A stretch of 64,000 nt of DNA from the NCBI GenBank assembly GCA_030264375.1, contig JASCQW010000098.1, positions 80,497,297 to 80,561,296 of the forward strand, in the 5' to 3' direction. The position numbers and the translations under genes are program-made. Below are positions 39,900 to 52,099 of this stretch, one piece after another (position 1 is the stretch's first letter; every line of letters begins with the position of its first letter). A model generated the notes under the pieces. The model was not told the DNA's origin and searched no databases. It worked only from the letters and a program-made list of their open reading frames with translations. The DNA is from Carcharhinus longimanus (Eukaryota).

Positions 39900-41150
39900 A
39901 ACAAGGGCCAATGATGGGACAGAGCATGCAGCAAGGATTTTCAGTGCTGCACTAGATTTCTTGTTGGAGGAGGTGGCAAGGAAGAAATAGGTCCTGCATC
40001 CACAGGGAGACAGGATGAAATCTAGATTCACGATGAGAAGGCAATGGGAGCAGATGACCAAAAGTTTTACTCCAGGGGCTGAGATGCCATGAGGTAAATT
40101 ACCTCACATGAGTGGTTAAGGTCATTGAATGCATTCTCAAGGTTCTGTATTGTATCAACTGCACCACTGACCTCAACCACTGCTCAATTCACATCCTACT
40201 CATCACTCACCTACCAGCAATTTCTGTCAGTCATACCTAACACACATATATTTCCCCTCACCCTCACACACTTAGCACTGTTGCCTCGTACTACATACCA
40301 CTGCTTTCACACACACTTAATGGTTGAGTCCTGGCCTAACCATATTGCATAACACTTGCTGACACACACTCCTTTCTTTTGCAGGAAGAAGAGGTGCACA
40401 ACTGGAGGCAGCAGCACCTAACCAAAGGGTGACAGGCATGCTTGCATGTTCTAATCCCCAGGGAGGAGTCAGAGGAAGACCAAGAAGGCACTAATGATAA
40501 AGGCACACAACCTTTTGATTTCATGCTCTAAGCTATCAGTTCAGATACTGCACTTGTTGCATGTATCTTGGAGAAAGGATTAGGGGTAGGAACTGGATGT
40601 ATTGAAGCACTCTGCACAAGTGCCTCACAACCAACTTTCTGGATGGAAATGTCACACATGAGCTCTGCTACAGAGGACTCTGGTGAACACTTCAGTGGGC
40701 CAGATTAGAGAGCACAAAATACAGCAGATCTGATAGCATTTGTGGAGGAAGAGTATAGAGCCAATGTTTCGAGTCTGGATGATATTTTGTCAGAGAACAC
40801 AGTTGATGGGTATACACAGCTAAATGCCTGGTGCATTTTGAAGCGTGCTAATAGACCTTGTTTCAATGCCAATGAACATAGAGGTGTCTGCTTTAACCTA
40901 AAACAGGGATTCAGACAGTGCTCAGAGACTCTTGTCTCCAGAATGGATTTGGTGGCCAATAGTATGAACACAGTTCTGCACACAACCATGATACAGCATC
41001 TGATGACCAATATCTCAGCTTTCATCGTGACACCACCAGTCTCCAACAAACATTTGAAAGCTGCAATTGAAGCTCAAACTGATTTCATCCTGATGTAATG
41101 CGAACTCAGATTGCTGCCAACATAACTGGGGATATCACTTGGATTAATTC
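39900..41150 (+). mobile_element. Harbinger Myb/SANT gene relic (with intron)
   Basis: AARIFSAALDFLLEEVARKK*VLHPQG...RRQWEQM; second exon after ttttgcag: EVHNWRQQHLTKG..ACLHVLIPREE. Confidence 0.7.
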
Positions 41151-41199
41151 AAGCTTGGATATCTCTGGACCATTTCAGGCATCATGCAGAGACCTTAAT

Positions 41200-41950
41200 G
41201 GAAGTTCACAGTCTGCGATCCATCACAGTATAAAGGTTTTTATGGATCCCATATTCAGGCATGCCCATGGATACATCTCATTTGCCAATGGCAACACCAG
41301 TCAAGCAGAAAGAACCAGAGGTTTTGCAGACCAGATTGGATTTTTGAAGATGCAAAGGGTTGCCAATTACATACATGTGGCAATAAAGCCTTCATCTGGA
41401 TAGCCAGGGGCATTTGTCCATTGAAAAGGACATCACTCCATCAGTGTGTGCAAATTATGTGTGATCATAGACAAAAGATGTTGCAGGTGTGTGCACTGTA
41501 TGCAGAGAGCAGTTATGATGCAGCCATACTTAGGCACTCTATGATGCCAGGGATGTTCAGTGGCCCAGAACCTTTGGATGGCTGGCCTCCAGGAGATAAA
41601 GATTATCCTCTTAAGAAATAGCTAATGAACCTAAATGAGAATTCAACACACAGAACCTGAGAGGAGTATATCAATAGCCATAGGTTCACCAGGGCGTTGG
41701 TCAGACCAAAATGCACTTTAGATGTTTCTCTCCATCAGGTGGTGCACTACAAAATGGTCCTGCTAGAATCTTATAGTGTTGTCTGCTCTGCCTTGTACAA
41801 CCTAACCCTCCAGAGAGAGGAAGCCCTGGCAGAGGAAGATATGACGAAGAGAGCCACATTCTTTGTGAATGGGTATGATGAGGAGGGTAAGCTGTGCCAG
41901 CCAGCTATGCAAGCTGCACAGGATACTTATGATGCCTGAGAGATGCAGGA
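41200..41950 (+). mobile_element. Harbinger DDE transposase pseudogene
   Basis: GFLKMQRVANYIHVAIKP, KGHHSI.VQIMCDH...LQVCALYAESSYDAAILRHS, GWPPGDKDYPLK, CSALYNL; stops and frameshifts. Confidence 0.85.
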
Positions 41951-42706
41951 TTTTCTATACTGCAAATATTCCACTGGCAATGTGCCACCTGTTCAGCTAT
42001 AACACCTTTATCACACTTGCCTTTTCGTAGTATCTCCCAGGCATGAATACCAGGGCCGTCTGTGCATGTGCCAATGTAGTGGTACCAAATGAGGCCAATC
42101 AGAGGGATTCACATTAGGACAAACGTCCTTCACAGCATGCAGTCAATCCAAATCAAAACCATTACCTCAAGCACATGAAACACTAATGCAATTGGTGTAT
42201 CAAGTGAGAACAATTTTGTAATAACAAAAATGACTCAGCAATTTTCATAACTCTCAACACTGGACAACAGCCTCTGAACCTTGGTGATTGATGTGGTGTT
42301 TACATGTGCTACAGTGTGGTGCTCTAGCCTCACTAGCAGCTGTGCTGGAGACAGGCTGCTGACTCTTATACCTCTTTACCTGGGCTGTCTTTGGCGAATG
42401 TTCTCTGACTGCTCGAGGCTGCAAGGGCCCCAACGTGATGGGAGTCACCTGCACAGTGGTAGGATGCTCAGCCTTTGCCATGGCACTCTGAGGCATTTGT
42501 GTCAATGGCAGAGTGACAGAGGAGGGGCTGTCCCACCAGAAGTATGCTGACAAGTGCTCCCCTTTGGCGGTGGCGGCTGCTTTTCTGCACCCATGAGGTC
42601 CGTTTGTACCTCCCTGTTTTCCTGAGGGGAACCAGGACTTGGATGTGACTCCAGTTTCCTCATCCCCTGTCATCCTGACTCTTGGCACTATAGCTCAGGG
42701 AAAAGG

Positions 42707-43420
42707 TGTGATGAAAGTGTACGATGATATGTAAATATATTGTGTGTTTTTATATGTTTCAGGAGAATATTTTAAAGTTAGTGTTTTTTTTTACAAATAG
42801 TCAGTATGTCTGGAAGGAAGACTGCTCAGATGCTGGGAGAGCAGAATAATACTCATTTCAACCTTGCAAGTGTTTATGTTAAGTAGAGTTAATGGACTTT
42901 TGTTTACTTAAGTTCCCCTGGGATTTCAGTCCAGGTTGATTGACAGTGTCATGTGATACTGTGGTTTATGGTCAGAAGAGAAACATGTTTTTGCAGCAAG
43001 GAGCTGGGAGTTGACTGCTCTGTTTGAAGTTAGGAGAATTTAGCAGACTTTTGAAATTTCTATGTCTCTTCAAAAACTCCAAAGCTGTCTAGTATACTTA
43101 ATTTGCTAACAGCATTTAAGTCACTAAAAGAATGTTGCTTATTTGGAACTAAAATAATGATGTTAGAAATTAGAGTTGTTTCTTGTCATGTTTAAAGATC
43201 GTTCAACTCTGAGGAGTTAAACTGCTTATTTTATCAGAGTGAAACTTAAACTGTGTTATGAATAAAGCTTATTTTGATTTTAAAAATCCCTAATTTGTCA
43301 GTGAGTTTATCCCTGGAGCAAAGCATCATATCCTCACATTTATGCCAAAATAGAAAAAAATGTAGGGGGTCTCATCTGGCTTCACAATATACCTTGGAGT
43401 TCTGGTCCAGAACAGTAACA
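42707..43420 (+). mobile_element. LTR of Gypsy (Gmr1-like) retrotransposon
   Basis: Starts TGTGA, ends TAACA, AATAAA at 43261, immediately followed by a PBS. Confidence 0.75.
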
Positions 43421-43425
43421 AAAAT

Positions 43426-43444
43426 TGGGGGCTCTTTCCAGGAC
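43426..43444 (+). other. tRNA-Pro primer binding site
   Basis: tgggggctctttccaggac resembles canonical TGGGGGCTCGTCCGGGAT, 5 nt after the LTR-terminal CA. Confidence 0.7.
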
Positions 43445-43491
43445 TAAACAGTATAATTCCTTGTTTGGTTTGGGATTAATGAATTTAAAGA

Positions 43492-44148
43492 CAGGGTTCT
43501 GAAAGAAATGGCACAAGTAATAGCGGATGCCTTAGTAATTATTTATCAAAATTCGCTGGACTCTGGGGAAGTGCCGGAGGATTGGAGAACAGCTAATGTT
43601 ACACCGCTGTTTAAAAAAGGTAGCAGACAAAAGGCAGGGAATTATAGGCCGGTTAGCTTAATGTCCGTAGTTGGAAAAATGCTAGAATCCGTCATCAAAG
43701 AAGAAATAGCAGGACACTTAGAAAAGAATGGTTTGATCAAGCAGACGCAGCACGGATTCGTGAAGGGGAAGTCGTGTTTAACGAATTTACTGGATTTTTA
43801 TTAAGATGTGACTTGTGCGGTAGACAGAGGGGAACTGGTGGATGTGGTGTTTTTGGATTTCCAGAAGGCGTTTGATAAGGTGCCTCACAAAAGGTTGCTG
43901 CAGAAGGTTAGGGTGCACGGAGTTGGGGGTAANNNNNNNNNNNNNNNNNNNNNNNNNNNNNNNNNNNNNNNNNNNNNNNNNNNNNNNNNNNNNNNNNNNN
44001 NNNNNNNNNNNNNNNNNNNNNNNNNNNNNNNNGAAAGCGGGAAAGTGGAACTGATCCACTTCAGATCAGCCATGATCTTATTGAATGGCGGGGTAGGCTC
44101 GAAGGGCTATTTGGCCTACTCCTGCTCCTATTTCTTATGTTCTTATGT
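43492..44148 (+). mobile_element. Young CR1 LINE fragment nested in LTR element leader
   Basis: Near-intact VPEDWRTANVTPLFKKG...NYRPVSL...QHGFVKGKSCLTNLL, DFQKAFDKVPH; CpGs retained; (ttcttatg)n tail. Confidence 0.92.
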
Positions 44149-44219
44149 TTTGGGTGTTGAGGAACTGGTGCTCTCTTTCAGGTGTTGCATTTGATTAATT
44201 TAAATGGGGATTGCCTGAA

Positions 44220-44925
44220 GAAAATGATTCTTCTGGTTTTCCTGCATGTGTAAGAGGTCACTCAGAGCGGTTTGCAAAGGGTGGTTAAACAAAGCTTTTG
44301 GATTTGGCAAACAAGCTGCAGTTGACTATACCTAAATGGCTGAGGGAGACAGAGATAATTTCAGTGTTAGCTCAACACTTAAGTTTTCCAGAAACAGTCT
44401 GAAGCATTGGAATTGGCTAAAATTCAATTCCAAATAAAACAGTTGCAACATGAAACAGAATTGAGCCAGTTTAAATTGGAATTAGAAGCAAAGGAAAGAG
44501 AGAATGGCACTGGCAGAACAAGAGGAAATAGAATTAGAAGCAAGGGAGAGAGAGCAATGGCAAAGGAAAATGGAGAACATTTGAACTCAGGAGCTGAAAA
44601 GAAAATGGAAGAACAAAGGATGAAAGCTGCGAGGTTAGCAGTAGAAATGGCAGATGATTTTGAATTAGTTCATAAATCAATGTTTGGTTTTCAGCTCTAT
44701 TTCAATCTGTTGCAGGAAGCATTTCCTCGAATGTTTCCCAAATGTGTGGTCACCAGAACACAAAGCCAAAGGATGAAACTGGAGGAGGAAAAGAGTAAAG
44801 ATAATGAAGCTGAGGTTCACTTATCAGAAACAATGTTTAACTAAATGGTTGATAAAGAACAAGAACTGGTGGAACACACAATGGATGTCTTTAGTTCAGG
44901 AAAGTTTGCAGAATTACAAAAAAGG
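44220..44925 (+). mobile_element. Deleted gag-pol of Gmr1-like Gypsy element
   Basis: Coiled coil ELAKIQFQIKQL, SCAN-like terminal helix EEQRMKAARLAVEMADDFELVHK, post-protease linker FPKCVVTRTQS, FSSGKFAELQK. Confidence 0.7.
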
Positions 44926-47900
44926 CAATGGAATACAGTCAGCATTCATACCTTGCATCTCATCAGTGATCTGTTGGGTTTGGCCTTTCCATGACAGTCG
45001 CCAGTCTGTCAGTGGAGGAAGCCTTGTATTCTGAAGACAGTGATTGCAGCATTCATAACCTGGATGAATTCCTCCTTTACCTGTATCAATGCTCATAACA
45101 CTTCTGGATTCTTTGCCACATCTCCACCCAGCGTTGCATGTCCAGCATCTGCCACTTGACAGATGACTCCAAATGCTGTTCATCAACCTGGGGCTCAGCA
45201 TCCAGGTTGTCTCCAGTACTCCTCCACCTGCTACAGGGCTGCTCTATCTCAGTTACTGACAGCTGATCTTGCAACTGTGATTTGTGTGCACTAGTGTTGG
45301 CTTTGTTGAGCCAACCCATTGAGATGCACGTATCTGTACTGCTGCTCGGTGCAGGGCAAGATAAGATGCTGAGGTTCCTCCTCCTCAAAGGTTAATGTTG
45401 GTTCTTTGGGGCTCATGGCTATAGGGGAAACCAAGGAGAATGGAGGACACCATCATCATTTGAGGTAACTTCAGAGAAACATGCTTCCGAAAAGCATGAA
45501 CGCTCAGCACTTTGGGAGCATCTTTAGTAGAGAAGCATTCAACAATGCACAAGTGCATTCCTACTGTTTGACTTCTATACAGTCAAAATCTTGGGACAGT
45601 TTTGCAGGATTGTAGGTTTTAGCTACAAAACAGATATTAAAGGAAAGTATCATTAGGACTAGCCTTTGGTGGCCTCAATGCTGTTTACTTACTGTCCATG
45701 TGTGATGTTATTTTCTTTCCGCAATAAACAATAGATGAAATTGTTGCAAAAGTCTGTCACAATTATCAGATTAAATTCAATATTACTTGATACATGTAAT
45801 GTCCAGTATTCATTGGGGGACAGAAATTGTGGCTTTTTAATAAATTAAATCAATTAAGTACATTTCCCTGGAATGCTTAGCTCAAATGTTAAGACACCTA
45901 TGGTGTATGAAAACAAGCCATGTGTAAAAAGTAATGGTTAATCCTAATATAACTAAAGTGATTTAAAATATATAAATCATTACCTTAAAAGGCACATAAA
46001 GTGTGACCAAGCTTTGGGAATGCAAACTAGATCAGGCAGCTTTTGATTTTCACTTGGTTTTTAATTCCCTTAAATAGTTCATCCCTTGGGGCCTCTAGCC
46101 TTCCTCTCCTTAAGTTTTCTCAGATTAAGGTTGTATTCGTATACTAAACAGAGAATTTTATTTTGTTTGAGTACTCTGTACAATTCCATTCCTTAAATAG
46201 TGTTTCATGTCGAACAGTTTTTTTCACTATAATCATGATAAATGATCACTAAACAAAGACATGTATGATTTCAAACTAAAACTAGTCACTCTTTGCCTAT
46301 TGTGCATTGCAAACAAATTTGTGCTTTAGTACAGAAGTTGTTCAAAGAGCAGGACTGTTGAGCGTCTGTTCCAGAGATAAATACACCCGATGATAGATTC
46401 ATACAGACTGTTAATTTTGTGTAGAATGCTGCTGTCGACAAATTGTTTATTCTGAATTGCATATTCTGTTAAAATTAAGACTTATTCCTGTTAAACTGCA
46501 GTTTCTTACCTAATTAATCTTCAAATATACATTTTTTTAAAGTAAACTGATGTGACTCTACTGCTGCTGCTTCATCCTGCTATGTTACAGTATGAAAGTA
46601 CGAAGTTAACTTGGTCTCATATGAGTCTACAGCCTGCACATCTTTTCAACTAGTTTGAATAGTCTTAGGTAATATGTCAAGAGTTTTAATATTAGTGCAC
46701 AGAACATGTCTTTAAAATAGTGCATCATTCCCAAAGTTAATATAAAATAAACTGTCTACAATTTTGGCATGTTGCATTGCCTTGTATTATTGAGCTGTTT
46801 GAGATGAGAACATCTTTTTCGTTTGAATATTAATGAATGAAAGGCTGCATGATCATTTATTGTAAATTAGCACACTGAGAATTATTTCAAATCCCAAAGT
46901 GGACCTAGAATTCTAAAAGCTGGTAAATGCATACTGAGTCTGTTCATTAATACCAGTATAAATGGAAATCGTGATTTGTGAAATTATTTTCAGTTGCTGC
47001 GACTGATTTTCTTGACTTCACAGAAACAATTTTACTGCAGGATTGTTAAGAGTTCAGGAACTGAAGGAAACTAGATTTAATCTAATCCACAACTAATCAA
47101 GACCATTTCTTTACCCATAATCGAGCACCTGATATATTTTGACGTTTTGATTTTGCATCAGAAACACTATTATTTAAATTCATTGCTTTCAATTTTAGTT
47201 AATGTATTTCAATTTTTTTTTGTTGTGCCAAGTTTAATTTATAATTCAGTTTGTTTTGCATGCAGCATATCACATACGTGTATGTATAANNNNNCAGGAT
47301 AAAGAATAGAACAAATAGAAAAGCTTATTTCATGTTGATGTCAATTTTCATCTGTTGCAAACTTTGGGGTTGATAAATTGAAGTTGGCATTATGAACAAT
47401 TTGCTGGATTTCTTCACAACATGGTGAGCTTTGCATAATTGTCAGCACAATGCCATTTGTTCTGCCCAGTGCTTACTCACCAGTGTTTATCTGGGAACTC
47501 TGGTTTGTTAGATTTGGAGCAGGAATCCTTTCATCTATTGTGTATATTTCAGCTTCACCAGTCAAAGTTTTCATTCTAGAAAGGAGATGTAGTTCATCAG
47601 ATGTCTGAAATGGCAACATCATTTAACCCTTTGTTTGGTTGAAGTAGCAGTTCTGCACTTACAATTATAGCAAGATTAGTTGACTAATTGTTTTGTCCAG
47701 TGTTGTGAATTAGTGATTGTCCTTAGCTTCTTTAGCTGCAAAATTCAGCTCTGTTGCTCACTGGTGCTAGCGTCACAGAAGCTTGGACCACAGCCGTTGC
47801 TTCATGCCATGCTAGTGAGAACATAAAAGTAGGCTCCAGAAACATGCACAGTGGGAAGATTGTGAACTTGGACACTGATTTGGCACCCTTGTCATTTTGG

Positions 47901-48299
47901 ACCTCCCAGGTCCTATGACTGAAATTTCTCAAACCCTCTCAGCTGAACATGCATTCAGCATCACAAGAAGCAACCCCTCCCACCGCCAACGTAATGTGCC
48001 ACCAGCAGTGAGGACTTTCACGCATGATGCTTTTGTCTTTACTTTGCTCCTGTACAGTGAGTGGAAGTACTGTCGTTATTCAAGGAGTTCCAACAAGTTA
48101 TTTGAGTCAGAAGTGAGCGATGCTAAACTTCGCAAAGGAGATTAGAGGAGTTTCAAGGTCTGTTCACTAGCACAAATGGGGATCATAGTTTTAGTCTCTT
48201 TCAGGTTGCTTTATGACATGGACCTGGAACAAAGGCAGTAGATAGAGGAATTTATGCATAAAAGGAGGAGGCAGAGGGCTCTCAATAGAAAGCGGAACT

Positions 48300-50910
48300 C
48301 TCCACTACCCCTCCCATTCTGCTTGTTATCTATCAAAAATCTATCTAACTCAGCCTTCAATGACCTATTTTCCACGGCTTTCTGGAAAAGAGGATTCTGT
48401 AGAATAATGACGCTCTAAGAGAAACAAATTCTCATCGCCATCCTAAATGGCTGATTTCTTGCTTGTGAACAAGGTCCTCAAGTTCCAGTCTGTCCTACAA
48501 AAACAAAGAACTGTGCCAATCATGATGCCCTAATTAAACTAAAATGAACCTTNNNNNNNNNNNNNNNNNNNNNNNNNNNNNNNNNNNNNNNNNNNNNNNN
48601 NNNNNNNNNNNNNNNNNNNNNNNNNNNNNNNNNNNNNNNNNNNNNNNNNNNNNNNNNNNNNNNNNNNNNNNNNNNNNNNNNNNNNNNNNNNNNNNNNNNN
48701 NNNNNNNNNNNNNNNNNNNNNNNNNNNNNNNNNNNNNNNNNNNNNNNNNNNNNNNNNNNNNNNNNNNNNNNNNNNNNNNNNNNNNNNNNNNNNNNNNNNN
48801 NNNNNNNNNNNNNNNNNNNNNNNNNNNNNNNNNNNNNNNNNNNNNNNNNNNNNNNNNNNNNNNNNNNNNNNNNNNNNNNNNNNNNNNNNNNNNNNNNNNN
48901 NNNNNNNNNNNNNNNNNNNNNNNNNNNNNNNNNNNNNNNNNNNNNNNNNNNNNNNNNNNNNNNNNNNNNNNNNNNNNNNNNNNNNNNNNNNNNNNNNNNN
49001 NNNNNNNNNNNNNNNNNNNNNNAGGCTCAAGGGGCGAGATGGCCTGCTCCTGCTCCTATATCGTATCTTCTTACTCACCTTGGCTGCCTGTGGTGCTACT
49101 TTTAGAGAGCTGTGGACCTGTACGTCCAGATCCCTCTGTATGTTAATGTTTGTAAGGATTCTGCCTTAGATCCTCCAAGTATCTATCCTATCAACTCCCC
49201 TCAGGATCTTTTGGATGGGATTTACAGCCTCGCTCGAGCAAGACTGGTAATTCCTGCCTGAGGTCAATGGACATTTCCGTTGTCCACCCCTCGCCCACTC
49301 CGATTCCGTGACAGATGGGGCGGTAGAATTCTGATGTATATGTTATTATAATATCAGCTCTCATTCTTCTAAATTCCAATGTACCAACCAGTTCAACCTT
49401 TGTTCATAAGATAAGCCCTTCATCTCACTCTGAACTGCTTCTAACGCAGTTTTACCTTTTTTCAAAAAAGACAATGAAAACCATACACGGTGCTCCAAAT
49501 GTAGTACAGCTAAAGCAAAACTTACTTCTTTTATATTTCATTCCTGTTGCAATAAATGTCTCATTTGTCTTCCTACTCACTTCCTGTACCTGCAAGCTAA
49601 CGTTTTGTGATTCATATCCACAACACTTGCATCCCTCTGTTCTGCAAATTTTCTTAGTTTATGTAATACATAGTTACTGCTTTTTTAAATTCTCCCTGCC
49701 AAAGTGGACAAGTTCACACTTTTCCACATTACACTCCATCTGCCAAATTTTTACCCATTCAGGTAACTATTTATATCACTTTTTAGACTCTTTATCTCTT
49801 CTTGACAACTTGCTTTGCTACCTTATTTTGGTGTCTTTGGCAAATGTAGCTACTATACATTTGGGCCCTTCATCCAAGCCATTGATATAAATTGCAAATA
49901 ATTGAGGTCTCAACACTCCACTAATTTCACACCCACTCTTTTTAGATCCTAATGTGCAGGCCATGAGGTCCAAGGGATATGTCAATCTTTAGCTCTAATA
50001 GCTTTCCTAGTATCTTCTCGCTGCAGATTGTTTTAAGTTCTTTCCTCCTTTTCATCTCTTGGAACATGTTCTAAATATTTTATAGTGAAAAATGGTATTT
50101 TGTAGTGACACAATAACTGTTGAACACTTCTACTATTTCCTTGTTTCCCATTATTAATTCCCTAGACTCGCTGTAGAGGACCAACACTCACTGTGGGAAA
50201 TTGGTATCATCTGCATTATTTGCAACACCTCCAAATTTGGTATCCTCAGCAGATTTTGAAATTTTGCTCTGTTTTCCAATATCCATGTGATTTATATATA
50301 TCAAACAAAGCAGTGGGCCAGATATGGAACCTTTAGGGTCACCAGTACCATTTTCCATCCTGAAAACTAACCATTTAACACATCTTATAATTTTCTTGAA
50401 GTCATTTTTTTTCCCATGCTGTCATTGACCCTCCACAAGATCTTAAGATGTAGGAGTAACAGTATGCCCTTCAGCCCATTGAGTCTGGTCTGCCATTCAA
50501 TATGATCATGACTCTTCTGATAATCCTCAACTCCACTTATCTCCATAAGCCTTTACTCCCTTACTGATTAAAAGTCTGTCCATCTCAGGTCCATGAGCCT
50601 CAATTTTATTTACCAGCCTTTTATGTGGAACTTTCAAGGATTTTCTTAAAATCAATATAAATAACATCCATTGCATTCTCTTCGTCAACATTCTCTGTTA
50701 CATCATTAATCAAGCACATTGCACCTTTTACATACCAGTGTTGGTTCTTCATTAATCCAAGACCCTGTTGCTTTTCTCCCTGCTTATTGTTTCTGATGCC
50801 ACCAATGATATTACACTGACCAGCCTGTAGTTACAAGGAATGCCCTTACATCCTTGAACAAGGGTGTTCCATCTGGCATGTCATATCTAGGGAGGATTGG
50901 AAGATTGTTG
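48300..50910 (-). mobile_element. Cluster of degenerate CR1 fragments (gapped, nested)
   Basis: EFRRMRADII, ccacattacactccatctgcc (WQMECNVEK) and several CR1 3' tails. Confidence 0.7.
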
Positions 50911-52099
50911 CCCAAACCTTACAGTCAGCAGCAATGCTGCACGTATGGCTGCTGCCCAGAAAGATTTTCATGACCTGATGCTCCTCCCCACTTCTTCCAG
51001 GATCTACCAATCCCTGTTGACAAAGAAATAGGCAATGCAGTGTGTCCCACCCAATTCCACTAAGTGAAGCAGTGTCAGGAGAAGAGGATATGCTCCCTTT
51101 TTACAGCAGTAGCTGCCTTGTTCTGGTATTTACAGGTCTGATCTTTTAATGAACAGTGTGGGTTTGAGTATCAGTGAGTGAATGAATGAGTAAGTAGATA
51201 ACTGAGTGAACGGGGAGATCGGTAAACGGGGAGGGGGGTGGTGGGACAGGGGTGTTATTGGGCCTGGAGATAGTTGGCTGATCAGGAGGCTAGTTGGGTC
51301 TGGCTGACATATTATTTGGGTCTGTGAAGATGGTCAGGTCAGGGGTGAATAGAGTAGTTGGGTTTGTGAGTAGTCAGTTGTGATTGGGTCAGGAGTAGTT
51401 GGTTGGTCAGGGAGTAGTCAGTTTGTGGAGTAATTGGACGGTTNNNNNNNNNNAATTAGGTGATTGGTGGGGTTAGTCAGATGGTCAAGCAGTGATTTGG
51501 GGAAGTTAGTTGTGGAGTCATTCAGCTGTTAAACAAGGCTTTAACTGTCTAATATTTCCTGGGTAACCCTCAGGGTAAGTTGCCCATACCTAGCCCCAGA
51601 CTCTGCCCGAAGCTCAGAATTGGAGACATTCACACAGGCTCCCAGGGGCCTGTTGGAAATTTAAATTTTCAGGGCAATTCACATATATGTCCAAAGACCG
51701 AAAAATTTGGGAGTATGACGAGCCCTTCTACTTTCAAACTTCCACCTGGGATCCAAGCCATCCAGACCTGGTGATTTATCCACTCTAAGCATAGCCAGCC
51801 TTTCAATTATATCCTTCCTATCAATTTTCACTCTATCTCTTACCTCTGCCATCTCCACTTCAACTAACAGTTTGTAGCATTCTCTTCCTTAGTAAACAGT
51901 GTTGCAAACTGCTCATTTAGTATGCTACCCAGTTTCTCTAAGGTCTTAATTCCACGTCATTGCTGCTTTACAATTTCTCATTTTCATAGCCTTCTGCTAA
52001 GTACCATCATAGTGTCCTCACATTCTAAAATAAAAAAATCACAAATAAGTTATTCCATAACAAGTTTATCTAACAACATTTCCAATTATACCCACAAAA

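Noticed and set aside
41098-41939. HARBI1 host gene or active transposase
   Set aside because: Multiple stops and frameshifts, the first catalytic motif is decayed, and the N-terminus is missing.
44407-44844. 145 aa ORF as a domesticated SCAN/gag host gene
   Set aside because: Starts at TTG, upstream gag has stops and frameshifts, and it joins non-adjacent gag and pol pieces through deletions.
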